From Octopus vulgaris (lineage: Eukaryota), in the NCBI GenBank assembly GCA_951406725.2, contig OX597841.1:11966001-12030000 (forward strand): a DNA stretch of 64,000 nt, in the 5' to 3' direction. The stretch's first letter is position 1; each line of letters begins with the position of its first letter. Under the pieces are notes generated by a model, which worked only from the letters and a program-made list of their open reading frames with translations, was not told the origin of the DNA and did no database searches. Made by a program: the position numbers and the translations under genes. Positions 1 to 12,288 of the stretch are shown piece by piece.

Positions 1-3000
1 TGGTTCCGGGTTCAGTCCCAGGCGCAGGAGTGGCTGTGTGGTAAGTAGCTTGCTAACCAACCACATGGTTCTGGGTTCAGTCCCAGGCGCAGGAGTGGCT
101 GTGTGGTAAGTAGCTTGCTAACCAACCACATGGTTCTGGGTTCAGTCCCAGGCGCAGGAGTGGCTGTGTGGTAAGTAGCTTGCTTACCAACCACATGGTT
201 CTGGGTTCAGTCCCAGGCGCAGGAGTGGCTGTGTGGTAAGTAGCTTGCTAACCAACCACATGGTTCTGGGTTCAGTCCCAGGCGCAGGAGTGGCTGTGTG
301 GTAAGTAGCTTGCTAACCAACCACATGGTTCCGGGTTCAGTCCCAGGCGCAGGAGTGGCTGTGTGGTAAGTAGCTTGCTAACCAACCACATGGTTCTGGG
401 TTCAGTCCCAGGCGCAGGAGTGGCTGTGTGGTAAGTAGCTTGCTAACCAACCACATGGTTCCGGGTTCAGTCCCAGGCGCAGGAGTGGCTGTGTGGTAAG
501 TAGCTTGCTAACCAACCACATGGTTCCGGGTTCAGTCCCAGGCGCAGGAGTGGCTGTGTGGTAAGTAGCTTGCTAACCAACCACATGGTTCCGGGTTCAG
601 TCCCAGGCGCAGGAGTGGCTGTGTGGTAAGTAGCTTGCTAACCAACCACATGGTTCTGGGTTCAGTCCCAGGCGCAGGAGTGGCTGTGTGGTAAGTAGCT
701 TGCTAACCAACCACATGGTTCTGGGTTCAGTCCCAGGCGCAGGAGTGGCTGTGTGGTAAGTAGCTTGCTAACCAACCACATGGTTCCGGGTTCAGTCCCA
801 GGCGCAGGAGTGGCTGTGTGGTAAGTAGCTTGCTAACCAACCACATGGTTCCGGGTTCAGTCCCAGGCGCAGGAGTGGCTGTGTGGTAAGTAGCTTGCTA
901 ACCAACCACATGGTTCTGGGTTCAGTCCCAGGCGCAGGAGTGGCTGTGTGGTAAGTAGCTTGCTAACCAACCACATGGTTCTGGGTTCAGTCCCAGGCGC
1001 AGGAGTGGCTGTGTGGTAAGTAGCTTGCTTACCAACCACATGGTTCTGGGTTCAGTCCCAGGCGCAGGAGTGGCTGTGTGGTAAGTAGCTTGCTAACCAA
1101 CCACATGGTTCCGGGTTCAGTCCCAGGCGCAGGAGTGGCTGTGTGGTAAGTAGCTTGCTAACCAACCACATGGTTCCGGGTTCAGTCCCAGGCGCAGGAG
1201 TGGCTGTGTGGTAAGTAGCTTGCTAACCAACCACATGGTTCTGGGTTCAGTCCCAGGCGCAGGAGTGGCTGTGTGGTAAGTAGCTTGCTAACCAACCACA
1301 TGGTTCTGGGTTCAGTCCCAGGCGCAGGAGTGGCTGTGTGGTAAGTAGCTTGCTTACCAACCACATGGTTCTGGGTTCAGTCCCAGGCGCAGGAGTGGCT
1401 GTGTGGTAAGTAGCTTGCTAACCAACCACATGGTTCTGGGTTCAGTCCCAGGCGCAGGAGTGGCTGTGTGGTAAGTAGCTTGCTAACCAACCACATGGTT
1501 CCGGGTTCAGTCCCAGGCGCAGGAGTGGCTGTGTGGTAAGTAGCTTGCTAACCAACCACATGGTTCTGGGTTCAGTCCCAGGCGCAGGAGTGGCTGTGTG
1601 GTAAGTAGCTTGCTAACCAACCACATGGTTCCGGGTTCAGTCCCAGGCGCAGGAGTGGCTGTGTGGTAAGTAGCTTGCTAACCAACCACATGGTTCCGGG
1701 TTCAGTCCCAGGCGCAGGAGTGGCTGTGTGGTAAGTAGCTTGCTAACCAACCACATGGTTCCGGGTTCAGTCCCAGGCGCAGGAGTGGCTGTGTGGTAAG
1801 TAGCTTGCTAACCAACCACATGGTTCTGGGTTCAGTCCCAGGCGCAGGAGTGGCTGTGTGGTAAGTAGCTTGCTAACCAACCACATGGTTCTGGGTTCAG
1901 TCCCAGGCGCAGGAGTGGCTGTGTGGTAAGTAGCTTGCTAACCAACCACATGGTTCTGGGTTCAGTCCCAGGCGCAGGAGTGGCTGTGTGGTAAGTAGCT
2001 TGCTAACCAACCACATGGTTCTGGGTTCAGTCCCAGGTGCAGGAGTGGCTGTGTGGTAAGTAGCTTGCTAACCAACCACATGGTTCAGGGTTCAGTCCCA
2101 CGAGCAGGAGTGGCGGTGTGGTAAGTAGCTTGCTAACCAACCACATGGTTCTGGGTTCAGTCCCAGGCGCAGGAGTGGCTGTGTGGTAAGTAGCTTGCTA
2201 ACCAACCACATGGTTCCGGGTTCAGTCCCAGGTGCAGGAGTGGCTGTGTGGTAAGTAGCTTGCTAACCAACCACATGGTTCTGGGTTCAGTCCCAGGCGC
2301 AGGAATGGCTGTGTGGTAAGTAGCTTGCTAACCAACCACATGGTTCTGGGTTCAGTCCCAGGCGCAGGAGTGGCTGTGTGGTAAGTAGCTTGCTAACCAA
2401 CCACATGGTTCTGGGTTCAGTCCCAGACGCAGGAGTGGCTGTGTGGTAAGTAGCTTGCTAACCAACCACATGGTTCTGGGTTCAGTCCCAGGCGCAGGAG
2501 TGGCTGTGTGGTAAGTAGCTTGCTAACCAACCACATGGTTCTGGGTTCAGTCCCAGGCGCAGGAGTGGCTGTGTGGTAAGTAGCTTGCTAACCAACCACA
2601 TGGTTCTGGGTTCAGTCCCAGGCGCAGGAGTGGCTGTGTGGTAAGTAGCTTGCTAACCAACCACATGGTTCCGGGTTCAGTCCCAGGCGCAGGAGTGGCT
2701 GTGTGGTAAGTAGCTTGCTAACCAACCACATGGTTCTGGGTTCAGTCCCAGGCGCAGGAGTGGCTGTGTGGTAAGTAGCTTGCTAACCAACCACATGGTT
2801 CTGGGTTCAGTCCCAGTGGCAGGAGTGGCTGTGTGGTAAGTAGCTTGCTTACCAACCACATGGTTCTGGGTTCAGTCCCAGGCGCAGGAGTGGCTGTGTG
2901 GTAAGTAGCTTGCTAACCAACCACATGGTTCCGGGTTCAGTCCCAGGCGCAGGAGTGGCTGTGTGGTAAGTAGCTTGCTAACCAACCACATGGTTCCGGG

Positions 3001-3920
3001 TTCAGTCCCAGGCGCAGGAGTGGCTGTGTGGTAAGTAGCTTGCTAACCAACCACATGGTTCTGGGTTCAGTCCCAGGCGCAGGAGTGGCTGTGTGGTAAG
3101 TAGCTTGCTAACCAACCACATGGTTCTGGGTTCAGTCCCAGGCGCAGGAGTGGCTGTGTGGTAAGTAGCTTGCTTACCAACCACATGGTTCTGGGTTCAG
3201 TCCCAGGCGCAGGAGTGGCTGTGTGGTAAGTAGCTTGCTTACCAACCACATGGTTCTGGGTTCAGTCCCAGGCGCAGGAGTGGCTGTGTGGTAAGTAGCT
3301 TGCTAACCAACCACATGGTTCTGGGTTCAGTCCCAGGCGCAGGAGTGGCTGTGTGGTAAGTAGCTTGCTAACCAACCACATGGTTCCGGGTTCAGTCCCA
3401 GGCGCAGGAGTGGCTGTGTGGTAAGTAGCTTGCTAACCAACCACATGGTTCTGGGTTCAGTCCCAGGCGCAGGAGTGGCTGTGTGGTAAGTAGCTTGCTA
3501 ACCAACCACATGGTTCTGGGTTCAGTCCCAGGCGCAGGAGTGGCTGTGTGGTAAGTAGCTTGCTAACCAACCACATGGTTCCGGATTCAGTCCCAGGCGC
3601 AGGAGTGGCTGTGTGGTAAGTAGCTTGCTAACCAACCACATGGTTCCGGGTTCAGTCCCAGGCGCAGGAGTGGCTGTGTGGTAAGTAGCTTGCTAACCAA
3701 CCACATGGTTCTGGGTTCAGTCCCAGGCGCAGGAGTGGCTGTGTGGTAAGTAGCTTGCTAACCAACCACATGGTTCCGGGTTCAGTCCCAGGCGCAGGAG
3801 TGGCTGTGTGGTAAGTAGCTTGCTAACCAACCACATGGTTCTGGGTTCAGTCCCAGGCGCAGGAGTGGCTGTGTGGTAAGTAGCTTGCTAACCAACCACA
3901 TGGTTCCGGGTTCAGTCCCA
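1..3920 (+). repeat. 65-bp tandem satellite of SINE tRNA-like heads (about 60 units, continues left of window)
   Basis: Unit GGCGCAGGAGTGGCTGTGTGGTAAGTAGCTTGCTAACCAACCACATGGTTCYGGGTTCAGTCCCA starts at 21, 86, ... 3856 (period 65). It matches the first 65 nt of the dispersed SINE and carries A-box-like TGGCTGTGTGG and B-box-like GGTTCAGTCCC. Confidence 0.97.
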
Positions 3921-4270
3921 CTGCGTGGCATCTTGGGCAAGTGTCTTCTGCTATAGCCCCGGGCCGACCAATGCCTTGTGAGTGGATTTGGTAGACGGAA
4001 ACTGAAAGAAGCCCGTCGTATATATGTATATATATATGCGTGTGTGTGTTTGTGTGTCTGTGTTTGTCCCCCTAGCATTGCTTGACAACCGATGCTGGTG
4101 TGCTTACGTCCCCGTTACTTAGCGGTTCGGCAAAAGAGACCGATAGAATAAGTACTGGGCTTACAAAAGAATAAGTCCCGGGGTCGAGTTGCTCGATTAA
4201 AGGCGGTGCTCCAGCATGGCCGCAGTCAAATGACTGAAACAAGTATAAGAGTATAAAAGTAAAGAGTAAA
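3856..4270 (+). mobile_element. Full-length tRNA-derived SINE (dominant family of this window) ending the satellite
   Basis: Head with A/B boxes, body, (TA/TG)n middle and GAGTAAAA-type tail; many dispersed copies elsewhere in the window. Confidence 0.9.
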
Positions 4271-4296
4271 TATTAATACACATATCTAGTCTTTTT

Positions 4297-4565
4297 GTCT
4301 GTGTCTGCTTGTCTGTCTGCCCGTCTGTGTCTGTCTGTCTGTCTATCTGCCTGCTTGTCTACCATTTGTCTGTCTGCCTGGCTACCTGCTTGTCTGTCTG
4401 TCTGCCCGTCTGTCTGTCTATCTGCCTGCTTGTCTACCATTTGTCTGTCTGCCTGGCTACCTGCTTGTCTGTCTGTCTGCCCGTCTGTGTCTGTCTGTCT
4501 GTCTATCTGCCTGCTTGTCTACCATTTGTCTGTCTGCCTGGCTACCTGCTTGTCTGTCTGTCTGT
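4297..4565. repeat. CTGT-rich minisatellite
   Basis: Three roughly 60-70 bp units containing ctatctgcctgcttgtctaccatttgtctgtctgcctggctacctgc. Confidence 0.85.
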
Positions 4566-4961
4566 GTGTGTGTGTCAGTGTGCCTCTTAGTGTGTGTGTA
4601 TATGAGTGTGTATGCATGTGTGTGTATGTATGTGTGAATGTGTATATGTTTGTCCCCCATCACTGCATGACAACTGGCTTTAATACATGTCCCTGTAACT
4701 TAGTGGTTTGCAGGAAGAGACAAATAAAATAGGCACCAAACATAGTGCTCCAGCATGGCCACATCCAATGACTAAAACAAGTAAAGGACAGGCGATGTAT
4801 CTCGACATGCGGCATTACCACCAACCTACTTTATGTTGGTGATGATGATGATCATGATGATGATAGAGGGGGAGGTACAACATGAAATCAGAAGGACTGT
4901 GTAGAATGTTTAGGGAGAAGCAGTTTAGGTATGGTACAGGAAAGAGAGATTGAACACTCAC

Positions 4962-5052
4962 CTCTAGTTTCACTATTGCCTCTTCTCGTTCTTGGATCAA
5001 TTGTAGGTCAACATCTTCTTCCATCTGTAACACCTGCTTTGTTTGAGAGAAC
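4962..5052 (-). CDS. STX7/STX12: Syntaxin-7/12-like, coding exon 7 (start of SNARE helix); gene continues left of window
   Basis: tgcag acceptor, gtgagt donor, 91 nt, phase 2 to 0; encodes FSQTKQVLQMEEDVDLQLIQEREEAIVKLE, resembling STX7 DLRLIHERESSIRQLE. Confidence 0.92.
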
Positions 5053-5313
5053 CTGCAGATTTAAAAAGTATGTGTATATATATATATATATATATGATAA
5101 TAATAATAATTTGAGGGAATATTATTCCTAACTTACAGGGAAAAATTCAATTTAGAAATACTAAATCAAATTTCACAAAATATTATAAATATAAAAAAAA
5201 TTAGAAAAAAACCCATCTTTTATCAATTCAAAATGAACAATAAAATTATTTCTATTATATGTAATTTTCTAGATGGTGTAATTTTATTATAGATATATAT
5301 ATATATATATATA

Positions 5314-5706
5314 TGGGGGGCGCAATGGCCCAGTGGTTAGGGCAGCGGACTTGCGGTCATAGGACCGAGGTTTCGATTCCCAGACCGGGCGTTGTGAGCG
5401 TTTATTTTATTGAGCGAAAACACCTAAAAAAGCTCCACGAAGCTCCGGCAGGGGATGGTGGTGATCCCTGCTGCACTCTTTCACCACAACTTTCTCTCAC
5501 TCTTACTTCCTGTTTCTGTTGTACCTGTATTTCAAAGGGCCGGCCTTGTCACTCTCCGTGTCATGCTGAATATCCCCGAGAACTACGTTAAGGGTGCACG
5601 TGTCTGTGGAGTGCTCAGCCACTTACACGTTAATTTCACGAGCAGGCTGTTCCGTTGATTCGGATCAACCGGAACCCTCATCGTCGTAACCGACGGAGTG
5701 CTTCCA
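5314..5706 (+). mobile_element. tRNA-derived SINE, second family
   Basis: Head GGCGCAATGGCCCAGTGGTTAG...GTTTCGATTCCC with A/B boxes; related head at about 10241-10540. Confidence 0.75.
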
Positions 5707-5719
5707 CATATATATATCT

Positions 5720-6086
5720 CTCTATATATAAACGGCAGTTTGTCTGTGCGTGTTTCTGTGTGTCTGTTTGCTTGTACCCTCACCCTGACCACGGCTTTCA
5801 ACCGATTCTGATGAAACTTGACACACACATAGCCCAATGTCATAATTCAAAACTAACGCAGCGAAAATTTTGAAAAGTTCCCCCAGTTCTGAAAAAAAAT
5901 CGATAAATTCGACATGGGGTCGAGAATCAGAAACACAAACCACAAACTCCACCTTTTTTTAAATCTCAAAAAAAAATTTACCATCATTTTATTCCATTTT
6001 TTTGCTATTTTTTTACTATAACTCTCTAAAAATGCTTTATAGTTATTTCCCTTACAAACCTGAGCAACGCCGGGCGAAACTGCTAG
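5720..6086 (+). mobile_element. Non-autonomous Helitron-like element
   Basis: Begins TC(TA)n; ends in a short GC hairpin (cctgagcaacgccggg) and CTAG followed by T; no TIR or TSD. Confidence 0.6.
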
Positions 6087-6386
6087 TATATATATATATA
6101 TATAAATGGACAGATATTCGCAAATGCAGATATATATAATAATTTGAGGGAATATTATTCCTAACTTACAGGGAAAAATTCAATTTAGAAATACTAAATC
6201 AAATTTCACAAAATATAATATATATAAAAAAATTTAGAAAAAGAACCATCTTTTATCAATTCAAAATGAACAATAAAATTATTGAAGGTCTGTGAGATAC
6301 TCAGCCACTTGCTCTTTAATTCAACGGAGAAAAAAAAGAGTTTAGTGTTTTGAACAAATGGAATACTTGTGGCTGAAACTAACAGA

Positions 6387-6418
<32 letters not shown>

Positions 6419-6483
6419 GACAGAAAATGCATATATACACATATACAGCCCTCCACACACACACACACACACCCAATACTCAC

Positions 6484-6533
6484 CCTCCAACATTAACCAG
6501 ATGATCATCACTGCTCTTCTCTTCAGCAAAATC
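6484..6533 (-). CDS. STX7/STX12: Syntaxin-7/12-like, coding exon 6 (linker)
   Basis: tgcag acceptor, gtgagt donor, 50 nt, phase 0 to 2, fits both neighbours; DFAEEKSSDDHLVNVG(G). Confidence 0.85.
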
Positions 6534-6625
6534 CTGCATAAAATGAAAAAAAAAAAAAAAGAAAATTTAATTAAAAATCATTTAAAAAATCAAAGTAATT
6601 TTTTAAATTGGTAATCTTAATGATA

Positions 6626-7185
6626 TATAGATTGGCATATTTCGGTCATATTATGCAGAGAAAATCCCTGGAGAAGGACATCATGCTCAGAATGGTCAGT
6701 GGCAAGAGAGGAAGAGGCCGACCAATGGAGAAGTTCTTAAGCAGATCAGGCCAAAAATGTCGCTAGAAGCTGGGATCACCAAGCATAGATTGGCATATTT
6801 CGGTCATATTATGCAGAGAAAATCCCTGGAGAAGGACATCATGCTCAGAATGGTCAGTGGCAAGAGAGGAAGAGGCCGACCAATGGAGAAGTTCTTAAGC
6901 AGATCAGGCCGAAAATGTCGCTAGAAGCTAGGATCACCAAGCATAGATTGGCATATTTCGGTCATATTATGTGGAGAAAATCCCTGGAGAAGGACATCAT
7001 GCTCGGAATGGTCAGTGGCAAGAGAGGAAGAGGCCGACCAAGAACCCGCTTGACACCATCAAGAGTGATACCGGAATGGACATAGCCAGTTTGAAAGAAG
7101 CGGCCCAGGATAGAACTGACTGGAGGACACTGATCCAATGAGTAACCGAGGGTCGACTTCGACTGAGTGGATAGATAGATAGATT
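6626..7185 (+). mobile_element. RTE-clade LINE 3' fragment with internal tandem triplication (about 158 bp)
   Basis: Translates to LAYFGHIM.RKSLEKDIML.MVSGKRGRGRP, a typical RTE/BovB C-terminus; GATA tail. Confidence 0.8.
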
Positions 7186-8019
7186 GATATATGAACAAGC
7201 ATCATCATCAAGACAAATTTTCTATGGCTGGGTGCCTTTCCTACCACCAACCTTCACCTGTTTCCTTGCAAGGGTATACTTCCCTGCGGCCAGACATGTT
7301 TTCACGGAAGATTGGAAAGAAAGAGTAACACATGTATGACAGTGACAAGACAAAGAGGCACCTGTCCCACCTCACACACACACACATGTAGAAAAACATG
7401 TGTGTGGGCGGGTGGGGTGTATGTAGTTTATTTTAGTGAACCTGAAGCTCCGAGTTGGCTTCAAGTCTTGACTTTCATACCATTGCGATCTTCAGGCAAA
7501 ACTGTTACGACCTGGTATTGGGGAGAGAGAGAGAGGGAGAGAGATTGACCGATAGATGGATGGATAGATAGATAGATAGACCGATAGATGGATGGATGGA
7601 TGGATGGATGGATGGATGGATAGTTAGATAGATAGATAGATTGACCAATAGACGGGCGGGCGGGCGGGCGGGCGGACGGACGGACGGACAGACAGACAGA
7701 CAGACAGACAGATAAGTAGATGATAAGTAGATAAGTAGATAAGTAGATAAGTAGATAAGTAGATAAGTAGATAAGTAGATAAGTAGATAGTAAAGACAGA
7801 GAGAGAGATCCACTGATGTAGGCTTATTCAGTGCTGATACTGAATCATAACAGTTCTCATCTGAAGATCACAATTGCATGAAACTAGTGGCAAGACAAAT
7901 CTCAGCTCCAGTTTCAATAATAATAATTTAAAAAATGCATCCTCTAGGATATGTATTGAGCATTACATTGTCATCTGTTTGCTTGATATAAAATTGTATA
8001 ATATATACATATGTATAAT

Positions 8020-8100
8020 AAATATATATATATATCATACATACACATATATATATACACATATATACATACACATATACATACATATATACATACACAC

Positions 8101-8136
<36 letters not shown>

Positions 8137-8164
8137 GTGTGTATATATACATATATATACATAC

Positions 8165-8200
<36 letters not shown>

Positions 8201-8359
8201 GTGTGTATGTATGTGTATGTATGTATGTGTATGTATGTATATATGTGTGTATATACATACACACATATATACATACATATATAATACACACACATATATA
8301 CATATACATACACACATATATACATACATACACATACATACATACACATACATACACAC

Positions 8360-8406
<47 letters not shown>

Positions 8407-8407
8407 C

Positions 8408-8448
<41 letters not shown>

Positions 8449-8796
8449 CATACATACATACATATACATACATACATACATATACATACATACATACATA
8501 TACATACATACATACATACACATACATACATACATACATATATATACATACATACATATATATACATACATACATACATATACATACATACATACATATA
8601 TATACATACATACATAAATATACATACATATACATATATATACATACATATACATATAAATACATACATATACATATATATACATACATACATATACATA
8701 CATACATACATATATATACATACATATATACATATATATACATATATATATATATATACATACATATATACATATACATATATATACATACATACA

Positions 8797-8884
<88 letters not shown>

Positions 8885-8895
8885 TAAACATATAT
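8020..8895. repeat. Compound (TA)/(TACA)/(TATG) microsatellite
   Basis: Direct reading; source of the spurious YI/HT ORFs. Confidence 0.95.
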
Positions 8896-9093
8896 GATGG
8901 GCTTCTTTTAGTTTCCATCTACCACATCCACTTGCAAGGCTTGGACCAACTCAAGGATATATAAGAAGACACTTGTCCGAGGTGGCATGCAGTGGGACTG
9001 AACCTGGAATCACGCAGTTGGAAAGCAAACACATCAGGAACCACAGGGACCCCACATGCACTCTCCCGTTTACTTACTCAAAATCTGACTCAC

Positions 9094-9237
9094 CATGGGC
9101 CCATAACCGGAATGGGCGCGAGCCCGGTGCACACTGGCTCGCTCTTTCTCGGCCGCAGTTCTCTGCACTGTCTGGAAATTATTCAAAGCATCGCTGAACT
9201 CGGAACGCAGTCGTTCATTCTGCATCTTACGCTGACG
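9094..9237 (-). CDS. STX7/STX12: Syntaxin-7/12-like, coding exon 5 (Habc helix c)
   Basis: ttttgcag acceptor, gtgagt donor, 144 nt, phase 0 to 0; RQRKMQNERLRSEFSDALNNFQTVQRTAAEKERASVHRARAHSGYGPM. Confidence 0.93.
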
Positions 9238-9402
9238 CTGCAAAAGAAGGAACGGAACATTACTGGGAGATAAATAAATAATCGCAAGTGGCAGTGAGGC
9301 GGGGGGGAGGTGTTGATGCATTTTCCCCCCCATCACCCAGGAAACAAATATAAAAAAAAAACAACAACAAACCACCACCACAAGAATCGCAATAACAAAT
9401 AC

Positions 9403-9619
9403 ACTCTTTACTCTTTTACTTGTTTCAGTCATTTGACTGCGGCCATGCTGGAGCACCGCCTTTTTAGTTGAGTAACTCGACTCCGGGACTTATTCTTTTG
9501 TAAGCCTAGTACTTATTCTATCGGTCTCTTTTGCTGAGCCGCTAAGTGACGGGGGACATAAACACACCAGCATCGGTTGTCAAGAAATGCTAGGGGGACA
9601 AACACAGTCACACAAACAT

Positions 9620-9660
<41 letters not shown>

Positions 9661-9825
9661 CATGACAGGCTTCTTTCAGTTTCCGTCTACCAAATCCACT
9701 CACAAGGCTTTGGTCGGTCTGAGGCTATAGTAGAAGATACTTGCCCAAGGTGCCACGCAGTGGGACTGAACCCGGAGCCATGTGGTTGGTAAACAAGCTA
9801 CTTACCACACAGCCACTCCTGTGCC
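9403..9825 (-). mobile_element. tRNA-derived SINE, dominant family
   Basis: Reverse complement of the 3856-4270 element. Confidence 0.9.
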
Positions 9826-10722
9826 TATAATGATAACTCTTACTCTTTTACTTGTTTCAGTCATTTTGAGCACCACCTTAAAGCCTTTTTTTAGTCACAG
9901 AAACCAACCCCAGGATTTATGCTTTGTAAGCCCCAGAACTTATTGTATTGGTCTCTTTTGCCCAACTGCTTCGTTACAGGGACATAAACACACCAACATC
10001 AGTTATCAAGTAGGACAAATACAGACACAAACACACACACATACATACACATATATATAGTGGGCTTCCTTCAGTTTTTGTCTACCAAATCGACTCACAA
10101 GACTTTGATTGACCCCTACCTATAGTAGAAGACACTTGTCCAAAGTGCCATGCAGTGGGACTGAACCTAGACCCTTGGGGATGGTTCTTACCACACATAC
10201 ATAGATATCTATACCTATATATATATATATGTGTGTGTGTGGAGGCGCAATGGCCCAGTGGTTAAGGTAGCGGACTCGCGATTGTAGGATCGCGGTTTCG
10301 ATTCCCAGATAGGGCATTGTGAGTGTTTATTGAGCGAAAACACCTAAAGCCCCATGAGGCTCCGGCAGAGGGTGGTAGTGATCTCTGCTGTACTCTTTCG
10401 CCACAACTTTCTCTCACTCTTTCTTCGGTTGGCCTGCTCGCTTAGCCAGTGGGGTGGCGTCATTTGAAGGCTAAAACAATGCGAAGCGCATTGTGACCAG
10501 CGATGTGTAACAACATCTGATAGCCTGGTCAGTCAAGGTGATATATATATATATATATGTATATGATGGGCTTCTTTCAGTTTCTATAGTAAAGGACTCT
10601 TGCTTGAGATTCCATGCAATGGGACTGAACCTGAAACCTATCTGGTTTGGAAGCAAGTTTCTTACCACACACACACACAAATATATATATCTATTTACAT
10701 ATACATATATATATCTATTTAC

Positions 10723-10749
<27 letters not shown>

Positions 10750-10753
<4 letters not shown>

Positions 10754-10909
10754 ATCAAAATAAGCAACAAGAATGACTCCGGCAATTTGGTACGATCGTT
10801 TCGTACTACATCATTTTATTAAATGTTGTAAGTATTACAAGAGTTTTAAAATACTGAGCACTCATCAGCCAAATTACCGGAGTCATTCTTGTTGCTTATT
10901 TTGATTATA
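10750..10909 (-). ncRNA. Minimal type I hammerhead ribozyme motif, family A (element extends to about 11007)
   Basis: Minus strand: CUGAUGA (10868-10862), helix II GUGCU/AGUAC, GAAAC-GAUC-GUA with predicted cut at 10791/10790. Helix I is a 41-bp inverted repeat (10750-10790 with 10869-10909). Confidence 0.8.
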
Positions 10910-11029
10910 ATCACCCCACGGATTTTTATGGATAACACCATACAGAATTCTGGTGCATCTAAATTAAGTACCATATTCATTTGAATCTAAATTTTTGCTG
11001 GACTTATACATATATATATATATATATAT

Positions 11030-11295
11030 ATTAAATTAGAGATAAAACCGCTATTAGGCAAATCATACAGTGAAAATCATAAACCAATACTAAAATTCAA
11101 AATATTTAAATTTAAAGTTAAAATTTAAAAATTATTTAAATTAATAATTTATACTTATATATATAACTTTAAATTTAAATAATTTAAATTTTGAATTTTA
11201 TATTTTATATATTTTTTATTAATTTTATTTCTATGTATTGGTTTATGATTTTCACTGTTTGATTTGCCTAATAGTGGTTTTATCTCTAATTTAAT
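11030..11295. repeat. Nested AT-rich inverted repeat inside a (TA)n tract
   Basis: Outer arms about 11030-11090 and 11235-11295; inner arms about 11091-11120 and 11164-11200. Confidence 0.8.
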
Positions 11296-11370
11296 ATATA
11301 TATTTATACTATAAAATTAGATTTAATCCTAAATCTAATTTTTCCATGTAAGTTTGGATTTACTCCCTAA

Positions 11371-11412
<42 letters not shown>

Positions 11413-11601
11413 TGACAGGCTTCTTTCAGTTTCCATCTACAAAATTCACTCATAAGGTTTTGGTTAATCCAAGGCTATAGTAGAAGGTATTTGCCCAAGG
11501 TGCTACACAGTAGGACTGAACCCAAAACCATGTGGTTGGGAAGCAAGCTTCTTACCACACAGCCACACCTGCGCCCATACATAGAAGAAGAGTTTGGTTA
11601 C

Positions 11602-11701
11602 CTGGTCAGATGCAGAGGCTGGTTGCGGGAAGTGAGCCAGTTCTTTGAGGTAAGAAGTTGTTTCTTTTGCCAGTTGGTTGGTGTAATGTTGGATCTCATG
11701 C
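11602..11701 (-). CDS. STX7/STX12: Syntaxin-7/12-like, coding exon 4
   Basis: tttcag acceptor, gtaacc donor, 100 nt, phase 2 to 0; HEIQHYTNQLAKETTSYLKELAHFPQPASASDQ. TNQLAKET is shared with vertebrate STX7 and STX12. Confidence 0.94.
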
Positions 11702-12288
11702 CTGAAACACAACGCAATTAACAGTGGCATTAATTAATGAATTCATCGTTAATTACTGCGGGGACAATAACCATGCTGCTATCTATCTTTTATTGGTTTC
11801 ATCATTAGGTGTGTGGCCAGGCTGGGGCAGCACACTGAGGAATTTTAGTTGAATGAATTGACCTCAGAACTTATTTTAGGGCATTAAGTTCGTTGATTGA
11901 CGCTAGATGTAGGCTATTGTCACGCGACCATCACCCAACAGGTCAATCTGTATTTCCACTGACGACATTCACAAAAGCAGAAACACTTGCAGTTATCTGA
12001 CCTGCTTACTCAGTCAATGTCAGCTAATTATTTACTCATATTGAAAACTGGTGATAAACACAATAAAAATATGTTTTAGCTCCACATAAGTGCCAACTAC
12101 AAGAGTGAAACGCAGGAAGACCTAGGATGAAGCCCTGAAGACCAATCTCAAGACATTGAGCCTTACCAAGGAGATGACTAAGGACCGAGATATCTGGTGC
12201 CTTGCTGTAGTCAAGAAGACCTGACCACCACTGCAGAATTGCTACTGGTGCCACATAGATAGCACCCGGTGCATTCTGTGGAGTGGTT

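Noticed and set aside
21-85. tRNA gene array
   Set aside because: A and B boxes are present, but I could not find a full cloverleaf, acceptor stem or terminator; the unit equals the SINE head.
12-4078. Repeated 60-aa ORFs (MVGKQATYHT...), and a CRISPR-like look of the array
   Set aside because: Antisense translations of the SINE-head satellite. The units have no unique spacers, no cas genes are present, and the DNA is eukaryotic.
5807-6082. CTGATGA (near 5808) and GAAAC (near 6076) as a hammerhead
   Set aside because: About 260 nt apart with no helix II pairing or GUH geometry; part of the Helitron-like element.
7874-8964. Long Y/I/M/H/T-rich ORFs (also 14738-15615 and 23031-23875)
   Set aside because: Translations of TA/CA/TG microsatellites.
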